This document shows, piece by piece, positions 46,545 through 56,267 of a DNA stretch of 64,000 nucleotides. Positions within the stretch are counted from its first letter, which is position 1; every line of letters begins with the position of its first letter. Position numbers and translations under genes: made by a program. The stretch lies in assembly GCA_903928565.1 (NCBI GenBank), contig CAIYRH010000010.1:41614-105613 (forward strand), written 5' to 3'. Under the pieces are notes generated by a model. That model was not told the DNA's origin. It did no database searches and saw nothing but the letters and a program-made list of their open reading frames with translations. The stretch is from Candidatus Staskawiczbacteria bacterium (GTDB taxonomy: Bacteria > Patescibacteriota > Minisyncoccia > Minisyncoccales > Staskawiczbacteraceae).

Positions 46545-47976
46545 AAGAACAATTATAATTATTTCGGCCATAGTTTTAATTGGAATTATTGTTTGGTTAT
46601 ATTTTATTTTTGGCACAAAAGCACCAGCAACCTTAACCTCAGTTGAAGTAAAAAGTGCAAACATTACCGAAAGTGTTAATTTAAGCGGCCAAGTTAAAGC
46701 TTCACAAGGGGTAGATTTATCTTTTGAATCTCAAGGGAAAGTTGTAGCAAATTATGTAAAAGTTGGTGACAAAATTTATGCAGGCCAAGCCCTTGTTGCA
46801 ATAGACAGTTCTATTTTAAGGTCGCAGTTAAAACAGGCTCAAGCTCAGCTCGATATTTTAAGCGTTGACACAGTAAAAAGCAAAACCTTTTCTAGTTTGC
46901 AGGTTGCTTATCAAAATAGTTTAAGTGCAGCACAAAAATCTGTTGACAATGCAAAAAGCGTTTTACTAACAATGATTGACCTTCAAAATGACCATTTTAA
47001 AACTCAAACAACTCAAAACATTCCACTTTTTAATACAAAAGCGGTGGCAATTACGGCCTTATTGGGGCAATATTCTGGCGGAAGCATGCCAACTTCTGAA
47101 GATTTGGGCGCATTAAATGGCGGCGCTTTTGGTTTGGTGCAAACGGCAATTCAAAACCCAACACAAACAAACATTGATGTGGCTCTTTCAGGTACAATAA
47201 TTGCGTTACAAGATTTAAGCGACATGCTTGGTGCTGTGCCAATTGTAGATACTTTAAGCCCCGCAGAAAGAATTGTACTAAGCACATCCAAAACCAGCAT
47301 AAATGCTGAAATTGTTACGACAACAACTAACATTCAGGCAATCGCAAATTTAAAAGTAGATAACTCTGCAACAGTTTCAACGGCAAGTGCACAAGTTGAA
47401 GCTGCCCAAGCTAATGTTGACGCCGTTAGAGCACAAATTGCAAAAACAGTAATTGTGGCCTTATTTGACGGGCAGGTTGATAAAGATAATGTGGTTGTTG
47501 GGCAATTAATTTCCTCAAACACGCCGGTTGTTACAATTTCAAATGATAATTTAGAAGTGGACACAGCAGTGTCTGAAATAGATTTGCCAAATGCAAAAGT
47601 TGGCGGAAAAGCTAACGTAACACTAGATGCTTACGGCAATGGTGTAAATTTCCCAGCGGTAATTTTTTCTGTAGATTCGGCACCAACAATTATAAATGGA
47701 GTGCCAACCTACGGAGCAAAATTAAAATTTGATGCACTTGATAGCAGAATTAAACCTGGAATGACCGCCAATATAACAATGATTTCCGAAACTCATGCAA
47801 ACGTTTTAGTAATTCCAAAATCGGCAGTTATACAAAACAATGGACAATATTTTGTGCTGGTTGATTTAGGAAATTCTAAAAAAGAAACGCGCCCAATTGT
47901 AGTGGGCCTTCACGACGACAAAAATATTGAAATAATTTCTGGCTTGCAATTAGGAGAAAAAGTATTTACTTATTAA
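46531..47976 (+). CDS. Efflux periplasmic adaptor subunit
   Basis: LSFESQGKV, VKVGD, ALFDG, SEID, IKPGMTA. Confidence 0.85.
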   Translation: MKISKRTIIIISAIVLIGIIVWLYFIFGTKAPATLTSVEVKSANITESVNLSGQVKASQGVDLSFESQGKVVANYVKVGDKIYAGQALVAIDSSILRSQLKQAQAQLDILSVDTVKSKTFSSLQVAYQNSLSAAQKSVDNAKSVLLTMIDLQNDHFKTQTTQNIPLFNTKAVAITALLGQYSGGSMPTSEDLGALNGGAFGLVQTAIQNPTQTNIDVALSGTIIALQDLSDMLGAVPIVDTLSPAERIVLSTSKTSINAEIVTTTTNIQAIANLKVDNSATVSTASAQVEAAQANVDAVRAQIAKTVIVALFDGQVDKDNVVVGQLISSNTPVVTISNDNLEVDTAVSEIDLPNAKVGGKANVTLDAYGNGVNFPAVIFSVDSAPTIINGVPTYGAKLKFDALDSRIKPGMTANITMISETHANVLVIPKSAVIQNNGQYFVLVDLGNSKKETRPIVVGLHDDKNIEIISGLQLGEKVFTY

Positions 47977-47986
47977 TTTAAAAAAC

Positions 47987-48604
47987 ATGGAAAAAAATAA
48001 ACGAAATAAAATAATTGCAGGTGTTGCCGTGGCGGTAATAGTTTTGGGTAGTATTGCGGGATTCATTTATTGGACGATTTCTTCGGGCAGTATCTATGTA
48101 GAAAATTCAATGGTGTCGGCCCCCGTAATTAATTTAGCGCCAGCTTTTGGCGGGACTCTTCAAGAGGTATTTGTAAATGTGGGCGACAAAGTGCAAACTT
48201 CGGCTCCAATAGCTAGAGTTGGTAATGAATTGTTAAAAGCGCAATCTGCTGGGCAAATTTTATCAATTAGCACAGACATAGGGGCTTCTTATGGGCCAGG
48301 TAAAACTGTTGCCACAATGATAAACCCCGAAGATTTAAGGGTTGTTGGGCAAGTACAAGAAGACAAAGGCTTAAAATTCATAAAAGTTGGGCAAGCAGCA
48401 ACGTTTACTGTAGATGCTTTTGGTTCTAAAAAATATTTGGGCATTGTAGACCAAGTATCACCAACTTCAAACGTCGGAGATATTGTTTTTAACATTTCTA
48501 ATTCCAGACAAGAAAATGATTTTGATGTTAAGGTGCGGTTTGATATTACTCAATACCCAGAATTAAAAAATGGAATGTCGGCAAAACTTTGGATTTATAA
48601 ATAA
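47987..48604 (+). CDS. Short HlyD/EmrA-like adaptor
   Basis: TM, VNVGD, IKVGQ, TVDAF, LKNGMSA. Confidence 0.8.
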   Translation: MEKNKRNKIIAGVAVAVIVLGSIAGFIYWTISSGSIYVENSMVSAPVINLAPAFGGTLQEVFVNVGDKVQTSAPIARVGNELLKAQSAGQILSISTDIGASYGPGKTVATMINPEDLRVVGQVQEDKGLKFIKVGQAATFTVDAFGSKKYLGIVDQVSPTSNVGDIVFNISNSRQENDFDVKVRFDITQYPELKNGMSAKLWIYK

Positions 48605-48613
48605 TTTTATTTA

Positions 48614-50110
48614 ATGGACGAAGACCACAAAAATTTTAAGTGGCTGGTGCTGTTAACCGTTATTATCGGAACATTTTTGGGCAGGTTAGACCAAACAATT
48701 GTAAACTTGGCCTTGCCTAAAATAATTACCGACTTTAGAATTACTGTTACTTCGGCCAGTTGGATTGCAACCGCGTACATTTTAGCTAACGCGGTTTTTG
48801 TTCCTATTTGGGGAAAACTTGGCGACACTATTGGAAGAAAAAAAGTTTATCTTTGGGGTTTTGGAATTTTTATTTTTGGTTCGGCCCTGGCGGGGTTTGC
48901 ATGGAACTTGAGTTCTATGATTGTTTTTAGAATTATACAAGCAATTGCCAGTTCGGCCGACTACCCAACAGCCATGGCAATTTTGGCGGTAACTTTTAAT
49001 CATGGAAAAGAAAGGGCGCAGGCATTGGGGTTGTGGTCGGTGTCATTTGCGGCAGCTTCTGTTTTTGGGCCATTAATTGGCGGTCCAATGATTGATATTT
49101 TTGGTTGGAGAAGCATATTTTTACTAAATATTCCAATTGGAATTATTGGAGTTGTAATGGCGTTAATTTATATAAAAGAATCTGTTTCTGAAAAGAAAAC
49201 TATTTATTTTGATTGGTGGGGGGCAGTTACACTAGGCGCTGCACTTTCAGCTTTGGTTTTGGTATTAGATCAAGGAAGTCTTTGGGGTTGGCTCGATTTA
49301 AGAAGCGTTCTTTGTTATTTGGCCACTGCTATATTCACAGTTATATTTATTTTAATAGAGCTAGATGCAAAAGAACCAATAGTTGATTTAAAATTTTTCC
49401 AAAACAGTGTATTTGTAAATATTCTTGTAAATAATTTCGTTGTTTTTATGGCTTTAATGGGAGCAGTATTTTTAGTTCCTATTTTTTGCCAAACTTATTT
49501 AGGTTATGACGCCACAAAAACGGGATATATATTTATTCCAATGGCTTTTTGCATGGTTGTGGCTTCTGCAATTGGTGGAACGTTTACGGGCAAGGTTGCG
49601 CCCAAATTTATTCTTTTTGCCAGCACATTTATGGCTGCAGTGGGTGTATTTTTGTTCTCATATTTAGATCCAAGATCATCTATTTGGAGTGTTATTGTGC
49701 CCCTTTCGGTTATGGCATTTGGTTTGGGTTTTGGAATGTCGCAACGTACAAATGGAATAACAGTTGTTGTTCCTGTTGAAGAAATGGGAATTGCTTCTTC
49801 GGTTTTAGCGCTTGGCAGAAATATTGCCGGCTCATTTGGAATTGCAATTTTCGGAACAATTTTAACAGACGCCACAAAAACAAACGTTTTAAATACTGCC
49901 TATCACAGCGTAATTAACGTTACAAATTCTACGGTTTACAGCCAGGCGGTGCAATTAATTATTTTAAAAGCCCAAATTGACGCCTATAAGCCGGTTTTTT
50001 GGACGGCCTCTGCTGTTTTATTAATAGGAGCATTTTTATCGTTATTTATAAATATTTCTAAAGAACAAATGACGCACGGACACACGGCCGAAGACTTTGT
50101 GGAAATCTAA
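48614..50110 (+). CDS. DHA2 (EmrB/QacA) MFS efflux transporter
   Basis: LDQTIVNLALP, GKLGDTIGRK, GPLIGG, WRSIFLLNIPIG. Confidence 0.92.
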   Translation: MDEDHKNFKWLVLLTVIIGTFLGRLDQTIVNLALPKIITDFRITVTSASWIATAYILANAVFVPIWGKLGDTIGRKKVYLWGFGIFIFGSALAGFAWNLSSMIVFRIIQAIASSADYPTAMAILAVTFNHGKERAQALGLWSVSFAAASVFGPLIGGPMIDIFGWRSIFLLNIPIGIIGVVMALIYIKESVSEKKTIYFDWWGAVTLGAALSALVLVLDQGSLWGWLDLRSVLCYLATAIFTVIFILIELDAKEPIVDLKFFQNSVFVNILVNNFVVFMALMGAVFLVPIFCQTYLGYDATKTGYIFIPMAFCMVVASAIGGTFTGKVAPKFILFASTFMAAVGVFLFSYLDPRSSIWSVIVPLSVMAFGLGFGMSQRTNGITVVVPVEEMGIASSVLALGRNIAGSFGIAIFGTILTDATKTNVLNTAYHSVINVTNSTVYSQAVQLIILKAQIDAYKPVFWTASAVLLIGAFLSLFINISKEQMTHGHTAEDFVEI

Positions 50111-50173
50111 CGCATTTGCAGTTCAATTTAATAGTAGTATAATTAATTCATTATAATTAACAAAACAAAAAAA

Positions 50174-50428
50174 ATGTTTTTTGCAATAATATTCATCGCA
50201 ATAGGAATAGCTTTATTATTAAATGCCACCGGCCTTTTTACGGGCAGTTTTTGGGGAATTTTTTGGGGAATTGTATTCATAGTAATTGGCATTAGATTTA
50301 TTACAAAAAGGGGTTGTTGTCCAATGTGTGCAGGTGCTATGTGGAAAACAAAAATGATGGGAAAAATGGACAACAACGGTTGTGATTGTGGCCACGAACA
50401 CGCTCCAAAAACAAGAAAACAAAAGTAA
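50174..50428 (+). CDS. Small membrane protein with a Cys/His-rich tail
   Basis: 2 TM segments then CCPMC and CDCGHEH. Confidence 0.65.
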   Translation: MFFAIIFIAIGIALLLNATGLFTGSFWGIFWGIVFIVIGIRFITKRGCCPMCAGAMWKTKMMGKMDNNGCDCGHEHAPKTRKQK

Positions 50429-50506
50429 TTTAACCTAAGAAAAATCGCCGCCGATAGCATTGGGGCGATTTTTTTGATAGAATAATATAATTATTATTAT
50501 TATTTT

Positions 50507-51688
50507 ATGGAAAAAGAAACAAAGGAGAAAAACCGAAATGTATTCTATGTGGGAATGTTGAGTTTTTTTGGCGGTTTAAGCCAAGACATTTTTGCACCCA
50601 TTTTACCAATTTATTTAACTTCAGTATTGGGTTTTGATAAAGCGGTTGTGGGCATTGCAGAAGGAATTGTAACCGCTAGCGTCAACCTATTTAGAATTGT
50701 TGCGGGCTTTTTATCTGATAAATTTAAAAAACAAAAGCCAATAATTTTTTTAGGTTATTTTTTGTCTATGGTGGCGCGGCCATTGTTGGTTTTGTTTACA
50801 TCAATTGGGGCGATTTTAAGTTTAAGGTTGCTAGATGGTGCCGGCAAGGGAATTAAAGATACTCCAAAAGATGTTTTAATTGCCGGTTCATCAGAAAAAA
50901 AAGTTCGTGGTAGGGGATTTGGAATTGCAAGAATGCTTGATACGTTGGGGTCGGTGGTGGGGCCGTTGTTGCTTTTTGCTTTGCTGTACATTTTTAAAGA
51001 TAATAAATATCTATATCATAATATTTTGCTTTTTACTGCAATCCCTTTGGCAATTACGCTCTTGTTGATATTTAAATTAACGGAAATTCCAAAAGCCGAG
51101 TTTAAAAAAGTTGAGGTTTTGGAAGCCAAAGGAAAATTACCGGCAAGTTTTTATATTTTTATTGCAATAGTTATTATTTTTACACTTGGAAATTCTTCAG
51201 ATGCATTTTTAATTCTGCGGGCAAAAAATGTTGGCGTGTCTTTATTGGAAATTCCGCTTATTATTGCGCTGTTTAATTTAATTTATGCAACTTGCGCGGT
51301 TCCGTTTGGCTCGCTATCTGACAAAATAGGAAGAATTCCCACATTGGCAATTGGCTGGGTTGTTTATGCGTTAGTTTATTTGGGATTTGCATTAACTGCT
51401 ACGCCCATATCAGTTTGGATTTTATATTCATTGTACGGAATTTATTATGCCACTAACGAGGGCGTATCGCGAGCAATGTTGGCCGATTTAGTAAACCCCG
51501 ACCACCGGGGCAGAGCATTTGGAATTTATGGCATGGCAATTGGTTTAACAACTCTGCCGGCCAGTTTTTTAGCAGGTTTTTTATGGGATAAATTTGGCGC
51601 GCAGGTGCCATTTTTCTTTGGAGCTACAATGTCTTTAATTGCACTTTTAGCCTTATTGGTCTTTTCTAAAAAATTACGCACAACATAA
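50507..51688 (+). CDS. MFS transporter
   Basis: GFLSDK, RGRGFG, GSLSDKIGR; about 12 TM segments. Confidence 0.9.
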   Translation: MEKETKEKNRNVFYVGMLSFFGGLSQDIFAPILPIYLTSVLGFDKAVVGIAEGIVTASVNLFRIVAGFLSDKFKKQKPIIFLGYFLSMVARPLLVLFTSIGAILSLRLLDGAGKGIKDTPKDVLIAGSSEKKVRGRGFGIARMLDTLGSVVGPLLLFALLYIFKDNKYLYHNILLFTAIPLAITLLLIFKLTEIPKAEFKKVEVLEAKGKLPASFYIFIAIVIIFTLGNSSDAFLILRAKNVGVSLLEIPLIIALFNLIYATCAVPFGSLSDKIGRIPTLAIGWVVYALVYLGFALTATPISVWILYSLYGIYYATNEGVSRAMLADLVNPDHRGRAFGIYGMAIGLTTLPASFLAGFLWDKFGAQVPFFFGATMSLIALLALLVFSKKLRTT

Positions 51689-51726
51689 TTGTCACTCTTG
51701 ACACGGGATTGCTAATTTTGTAATAT
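51689..51726 (+). promoter_or_regulatory. CIRCE operator overlapping the promoter
   Basis: ttgtcactc-N9-gattgctaa vs TTAGCACTC-N9-GAGTGCTAA; TTGACA within the spacer, TAATAT at 51721. Confidence 0.8.
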
Positions 51727-51734
51727 GGGTATAT

Positions 51735-52142
51735 ATGATAACCGAGAGGCAAGAAAAACTTTTAGACTTTCTAATTAGAGAGTACATAAGCACGGCCGTA
51801 CCCGTGGGTTCTTTAGCTTTAAAAAAGATTTGTGATTTAGAAGTTTGTGGCGCAACAATTAGAAATGATTTGCAAATATTAACCAAAGAAGGTTATATTG
51901 AGCAACCACACACTTCGGCTGGCAGAGTGCCAACCAAAAAAGCCTATAAACATTTTTCTGAACAACTTGTACAAAAAAGGCAAAAAGAATTTGATGACTT
52001 TATTGTTAGACAGGTTCGGTTTGCGCACGAAGAAATGGCTCGCGAAATGAGGCGAATGGAAGAGTTAATGCAAGTGCTTGAGCAAGATAATTTTTTTGAA
52101 ATATTAACAACAATAGAAATATGGCACAAGAAGAAGATATAA
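51735..52142 (+). CDS. hrcA: Heat-inducible repressor HrcA, short form
   Basis: TERQ, PVGS, ATIRNDL, QPHTSAGRVPT. Confidence 0.85.
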   Translation: MITERQEKLLDFLIREYISTAVPVGSLALKKICDLEVCGATIRNDLQILTKEGYIEQPHTSAGRVPTKKAYKHFSEQLVQKRQKEFDDFIVRQVRFAHEEMAREMRRMEELMQVLEQDNFFEILTTIEIWHKKKI

Positions 52143-52657
52143 TAAATGATCCCGCCGCCGCTGGAAGCTTCGGCGAGGCGACGGATGAATTAAAAAAGCA
52201 ATTGGAAGAAGCCAAGGCCAAGTGCGAGGAATATTTAAATGGCTGGAAACGCGAGCGAGCAGATTTTTTGAACTACAAAAAAGATGAAATGGAACGCATT
52301 GGCCAGTTGGTAAAATATTCGAATGAAGAATTAATTTTAAAAATAATTCCAATTTTAGATAATATTTATTTAGCCGAAATCCACGTGCCAGACGAGCTAA
52401 AAGACAACGACTGGATTAAAGGATTTAATGCAATTAAAAATCAACTTTGTGAATTTTTAAAACGCGAGGGAATCGAAGCAATTGAAACCGTGGGAAAACC
52501 GTTTGACGCAACTGTTATGGAGGCTGTTGCCGCCTCGCAAAACGAGGCGAGCCTCGCCCCAGAGGGGCGGGAGGATGTTGTAACTGAGGAAACCCAGCGT
52601 GGTTACACAATGAACGGAAAATTAATTAGAGTAGCGAAAGTTAAACTGTCTAAATAG
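52121..52657 (+). CDS. grpE: Nucleotide exchange factor GrpE
   Basis: RERADFLNYKK, PILDN, GKPFD, QRGY, AKVK. Confidence 0.93.
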   Translation: MAQEEDIINDPAAAGSFGEATDELKKQLEEAKAKCEEYLNGWKRERADFLNYKKDEMERIGQLVKYSNEELILKIIPILDNIYLAEIHVPDELKDNDWIKGFNAIKNQLCEFLKREGIEAIETVGKPFDATVMEAVAASQNEASLAPEGREDVVTEETQRGYTMNGKLIRVAKVKLSK

Positions 52658-52721
52658 TAATCACATCGCATAACCGACCAATTTAGTCGGTTATGGAAAT
52701 AAATAAAAAAAAATTAGAAAT

Positions 52722-53354
52722 ATGAAGAATTTAGCAGAAACAGGTCGAGATCCATCCGAGCCAGCAGAACCGCAGGTGAGCATTCAATCTTTTACTCCCG
52801 AATGGCAAGATAGTACGATTGATTGCATAGCAGAAGTTAGGAGAGCGCAATATAATGACCCAACCGGCTTTGTAAAACCAATATATAAAGAGGGAATTGC
52901 AAAAAATTTTCAGCGGTTTCCTTACGAAGATTTCTTTATTGCTTTGGACCAAGAGGGGCAACAAGTCGTTGGAAATATTGGGTTAAGATTTGTTAAAGAG
53001 GAAGAAGATAAAACGAGAATTGGCCAATTGAGAAGATTTAATGTTCGGCCAACATTTGAAGGTAAGGGAATTGGTTCGCGCTTACTTAATCGTTCGCTCG
53101 ATTTTGCCAAGGAGAATAATTATAGGGAGATTTACTTGACTACCGAGTGCGATAAAGAGCATGAACGTGCGCGTGGAATGTACGAAGGCCAGGGTTTTAA
53201 AAGAGTTGCATCTGAAGAAATGTCACCAGATGATTTGAATTTGATATTAACCGGTGATGTCGACGATAATTTAAAGAATATTAAAGAAGGTAAAACATTA
53301 ATTTACAAATTAAAATTAGGGGCAGGTGAGCCATTCCACGAAAAAGTGGAATAG
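52722..53354 (+). CDS. GNAT family N-acetyltransferase
   Basis: VRPTFEGKGIGSRLL, ARGMYEGQGF. Confidence 0.85.
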   Translation: MKNLAETGRDPSEPAEPQVSIQSFTPEWQDSTIDCIAEVRRAQYNDPTGFVKPIYKEGIAKNFQRFPYEDFFIALDQEGQQVVGNIGLRFVKEEEDKTRIGQLRRFNVRPTFEGKGIGSRLLNRSLDFAKENNYREIYLTTECDKEHERARGMYEGQGFKRVASEEMSPDDLNLILTGDVDDNLKNIKEGKTLIYKLKLGAGEPFHEKVE

Positions 53355-53389
53355 TAATAGAAAAACATAAAATAATCAAAGAGAAAATT

Positions 53390-53863
53390 ATGGCGGAAGT
53401 TTATACAACAAACAATTTTGTAGTTGAGTCAGCGGAGGCTCCGCATGTGACGCGAACAGATGGCGGGCATATGAGAATATTGCCAAAGGAAAAAGTTGCC
53501 GATAGAACCAAGTTGTCTCCGCAATTGGCAATAGAATTAATGCGCCTAACAATGGTGGCAGGAGAGGCTATGGCAACTGCTATGAATAAAAGAGGTGTTG
53601 ATATTGGAAGAATAAATTATCAAGATAATGGGAATTGGACGGTTTTTTTTCCAGAAGGTCCAGTTTTGCACATTCACCTTTATGGCAGAGCTAAAAGTGC
53701 AAAAATTCATAAATATGGAGAAGCTTGCTATTTCCCAAATAGAGACACAGGATTCTATGATAAGTTTGAGCCACTTGATAAGGATGATGTTTTGGAAATT
53801 CAAAAAGAGATGGAAAAAATATTTAAAGAAGAGAAGTATTCAGATAAAGCCTGGGGAATATAA
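53390..53863 (+). CDS. HIT-like protein
   Basis: GGHMRILPK, INYQDNGNW, LHIHLYGR. Confidence 0.75.
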   Translation: MAEVYTTNNFVVESAEAPHVTRTDGGHMRILPKEKVADRTKLSPQLAIELMRLTMVAGEAMATAMNKRGVDIGRINYQDNGNWTVFFPEGPVLHIHLYGRAKSAKIHKYGEACYFPNRDTGFYDKFEPLDKDDVLEIQKEMEKIFKEEKYSDKAWGI

Positions 53864-53892
53864 TATTTAAAAATTAATTAAATAAGAAAATT

Positions 53893-54174
53893 ATCGAAAA
53901 AGAGCAATCACAACAAATTCAAATAAATATAGACCCGAATTCATATATGATTACAATGATGAACATGGGTTTTGACGAGGAAATGTTTCACTTTATGATA
54001 ACTTCGGCAAATCAGGGCAGACAATTTGTTGCCACGCCAAAGCATGCAAAAAGAATATATTTACTTTTGAAACAACAAATAGAAAATTACGAAAAACAAT
54101 TTGGCGAAATAAAAACGCAACTACCAACAAGCCCAAGCAACACGCAAGAAGAAAACAACAAAACATTCTTTTAA
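53893..54174 (+). CDS. DUF3467-like protein (start uncertain: ATC 53893 or ATG 53947)
   Basis: QQIQINID, TPKHAKRI..LL..QIENYEKQFGEI. Confidence 0.65.
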   Translation: MEKEQSQQIQINIDPNSYMITMMNMGFDEEMFHFMITSANQGRQFVATPKHAKRIYLLLKQQIENYEKQFGEIKTQLPTSPSNTQEENNKTFF

Positions 54175-54243
54175 AAAAAATAAATTAAATAAATCCTCCA
54201 AAATTTTGCAAAGCAAAATTTAGGAGGATAAATAAAAAACATT

Positions 54244-56196
54244 ATGTCAAAAATATTAGGAATTGATTTGGGGACAACTAACTCAGCTATGGCCATTGTG
54301 GAAGGTGGCGATGCTAAAATTATTGAAAATAAAGAAGGGGCACGAACAACGCCTTCTATTGTTGCAATATCAAAAAATGGTGAGCGAACAGTTGGAGTTT
54401 TGGCAAAAAGACAGGCCGTTACAAACCCGCAAAATACAATTTTTTCAGTTAAAAGGTTAATTGGAAGAAAATTTTCCGACCCAGAAGTGCAGAAAGATAA
54501 AAAAACTTTGCCTTACGAGATTAAAGAATCGGCTGACGGCGGAGTAGATGTTAAAATGGGTGACAAATGGCTTAATCCGGCAGAAATTTCGGCAATGATT
54601 TTGCAAAAATTAAAAGCCGACGCCGAAGCCAAACTTGGTGAAACAATTACCGACGCCATTATAACTTGCCCAGCATATTTTGATGATTCGCAAAGAAAGG
54701 CTACGAAAATTGCAGGAGAAATTGCCGGCTTTAATGTAAGAAGAGTTATAAACGAGCCAACTGCTGCTGCTTTGGCCTATGGATTAAACAAAAAGAAAGA
54801 CGAAAAAATTGTAGTTTACGACTTTGGTGGTGGAACTTTTGATGTTACTGCAATGGAAATTGTGGCTTCAGAGGGCGAAGATAAAGAGCAACAGGGTAGT
54901 ATTGAAGTTAAATCAACCGGTGGCGACACGCACTTGGGTGGCGACGACTTTGACCAAAAAATTATGCATTGGATTGTTGCCGAATTTAAAAAAGAAAGTG
55001 GAGTTGATCTTTCAAAAGATAATTTGGCTTTGCAACGCATTAAAGAAGCTGCCGAAAAAGCAAAAATTGAATTGTCTAGCAGTTTAGAAACTCAAATTAA
55101 TTTACCATTTATTACTTCGGATCAAAATGGCCCAAAACACTTAGACTTAAAATTAAAGCGCGCCGAATTTGAAAACATGGTGCAAGACGACATAGACAGG
55201 TCTATTAGTTTATTAAAGCAAACTCTAAAAGAATCGGGTTGGGATGTTAAAGATGTAAACGAAATTGTTTTGGTGGGTGGGCAAACAAGAATGCCAAAAA
55301 TTCAAGACGAAATTAGAAAACTTTTTGGCAAAGAACCAAACAAAGAAGTTAACCCCGACGAAGTTGTGGCAATTGGAGCCGCCACTCAAGGTGGAATTAT
55401 GGAAGGAACCGCCGGTAAAGATGTTTTGTTGTTAGATGTTACTCCATTATCTTTGGGAATTGAAACTTTTGGTGGAGTAGACACAATTTTAATTTCAAAA
55501 AATACAACTGTGCCAACTTCAAAAAACCAAACCTTCTCAACTGCCGCAGACAGCCAACCAAGTGTGGAAATTCACGTTTTGCAAGGTGAAAGGCCAATGG
55601 CAACCGACAACAAAACATTGGGCAGGTTTATGCTAGATGGCATTCCGCCCGCACCACGAGGCATTCCGCAAATTGAGGTTTCTTTTGACATTGATGCTAA
55701 TGGAATTTTGAATGTTTCGGCAAAAGACAAGGCAACAGGCAAATCGCAGTCAATTAAAATTGAAGGTTCTTCGGGAATTTCAAAAGATGAAGTTGAAAGA
55801 ATGAAAAAAGATGCCGAAATGCACGCCACCGACGACAAAAAGAAACAAGAAGCCATTGAGGCAAAAAATACTGCCGATGCCTTGGTGTACACTTGCGAAA
55901 AAACACTTAAAGATTCTGCCGACAAAATAAAGCCAGAAGACAAAAAAGAAGTGGAAGACAAGATTGGTGCCTTGAAAGAAGCACAAAAAGGTGATAATAT
56001 AGAAGAAATTCAAGCAAAGACTAAAGATTTATCGGAAAGCATGCAACGCGTTGGGGGAGAGTTATACAAGCAAGAACAGGCTCAAACGAACCCAGACGAA
56101 AAAGATATTCCACCCGCCTCCGGCGAAGGCTCTGGCGAGGCAAAGAAAGATGACGAACCAAAAGCCGAAGAAGGAAAGTTTACTGAAGAAAAATAG
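54244..56196 (+). CDS. dnaK: Chaperone DnaK
   Basis: [40 protein letters not shown]. Confidence 0.98.
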   Translation: MSKILGIDLGTTNSAMAIVEGGDAKIIENKEGARTTPSIVAISKNGERTVGVLAKRQAVTNPQNTIFSVKRLIGRKFSDPEVQKDKKTLPYEIKESADGGVDVKMGDKWLNPAEISAMILQKLKADAEAKLGETITDAIITCPAYFDDSQRKATKIAGEIAGFNVRRVINEPTAAALAYGLNKKKDEKIVVYDFGGGTFDVTAMEIVASEGEDKEQQGSIEVKSTGGDTHLGGDDFDQKIMHWIVAEFKKESGVDLSKDNLALQRIKEAAEKAKIELSSSLETQINLPFITSDQNGPKHLDLKLKRAEFENMVQDDIDRSISLLKQTLKESGWDVKDVNEIVLVGGQTRMPKIQDEIRKLFGKEPNKEVNPDEVVAIGAATQGGIMEGTAGKDVLLLDVTPLSLGIETFGGVDTILISKNTTVPTSKNQTFSTAADSQPSVEIHVLQGERPMATDNKTLGRFMLDGIPPAPRGIPQIEVSFDIDANGILNVSAKDKATGKSQSIKIEGSSGISKDEVERMKKDAEMHATDDKKKQEAIEAKNTADALVYTCEKTLKDSADKIKPEDKKEVEDKIGALKEAQKGDNIEEIQAKTKDLSESMQRVGGELYKQEQAQTNPDEKDIPPASGEGSGEAKKDDEPKAEEGKFTEEK

Positions 56197-56263
56197 TTTG
56201 TAGTGAGTAGTTTGTAGACTTTTAAAAGTATTTCTACCAACTACCAACTACCAACTACCAACT
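56194..56263. repeat. Heptamer tandem repeats in inverted arrangement
   Basis: tagtttg-type units at 56194-56217 and (ctaccaa)x4 at 56234-56261. Confidence 0.75.
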
Positions 56264-56267
56264 GACG

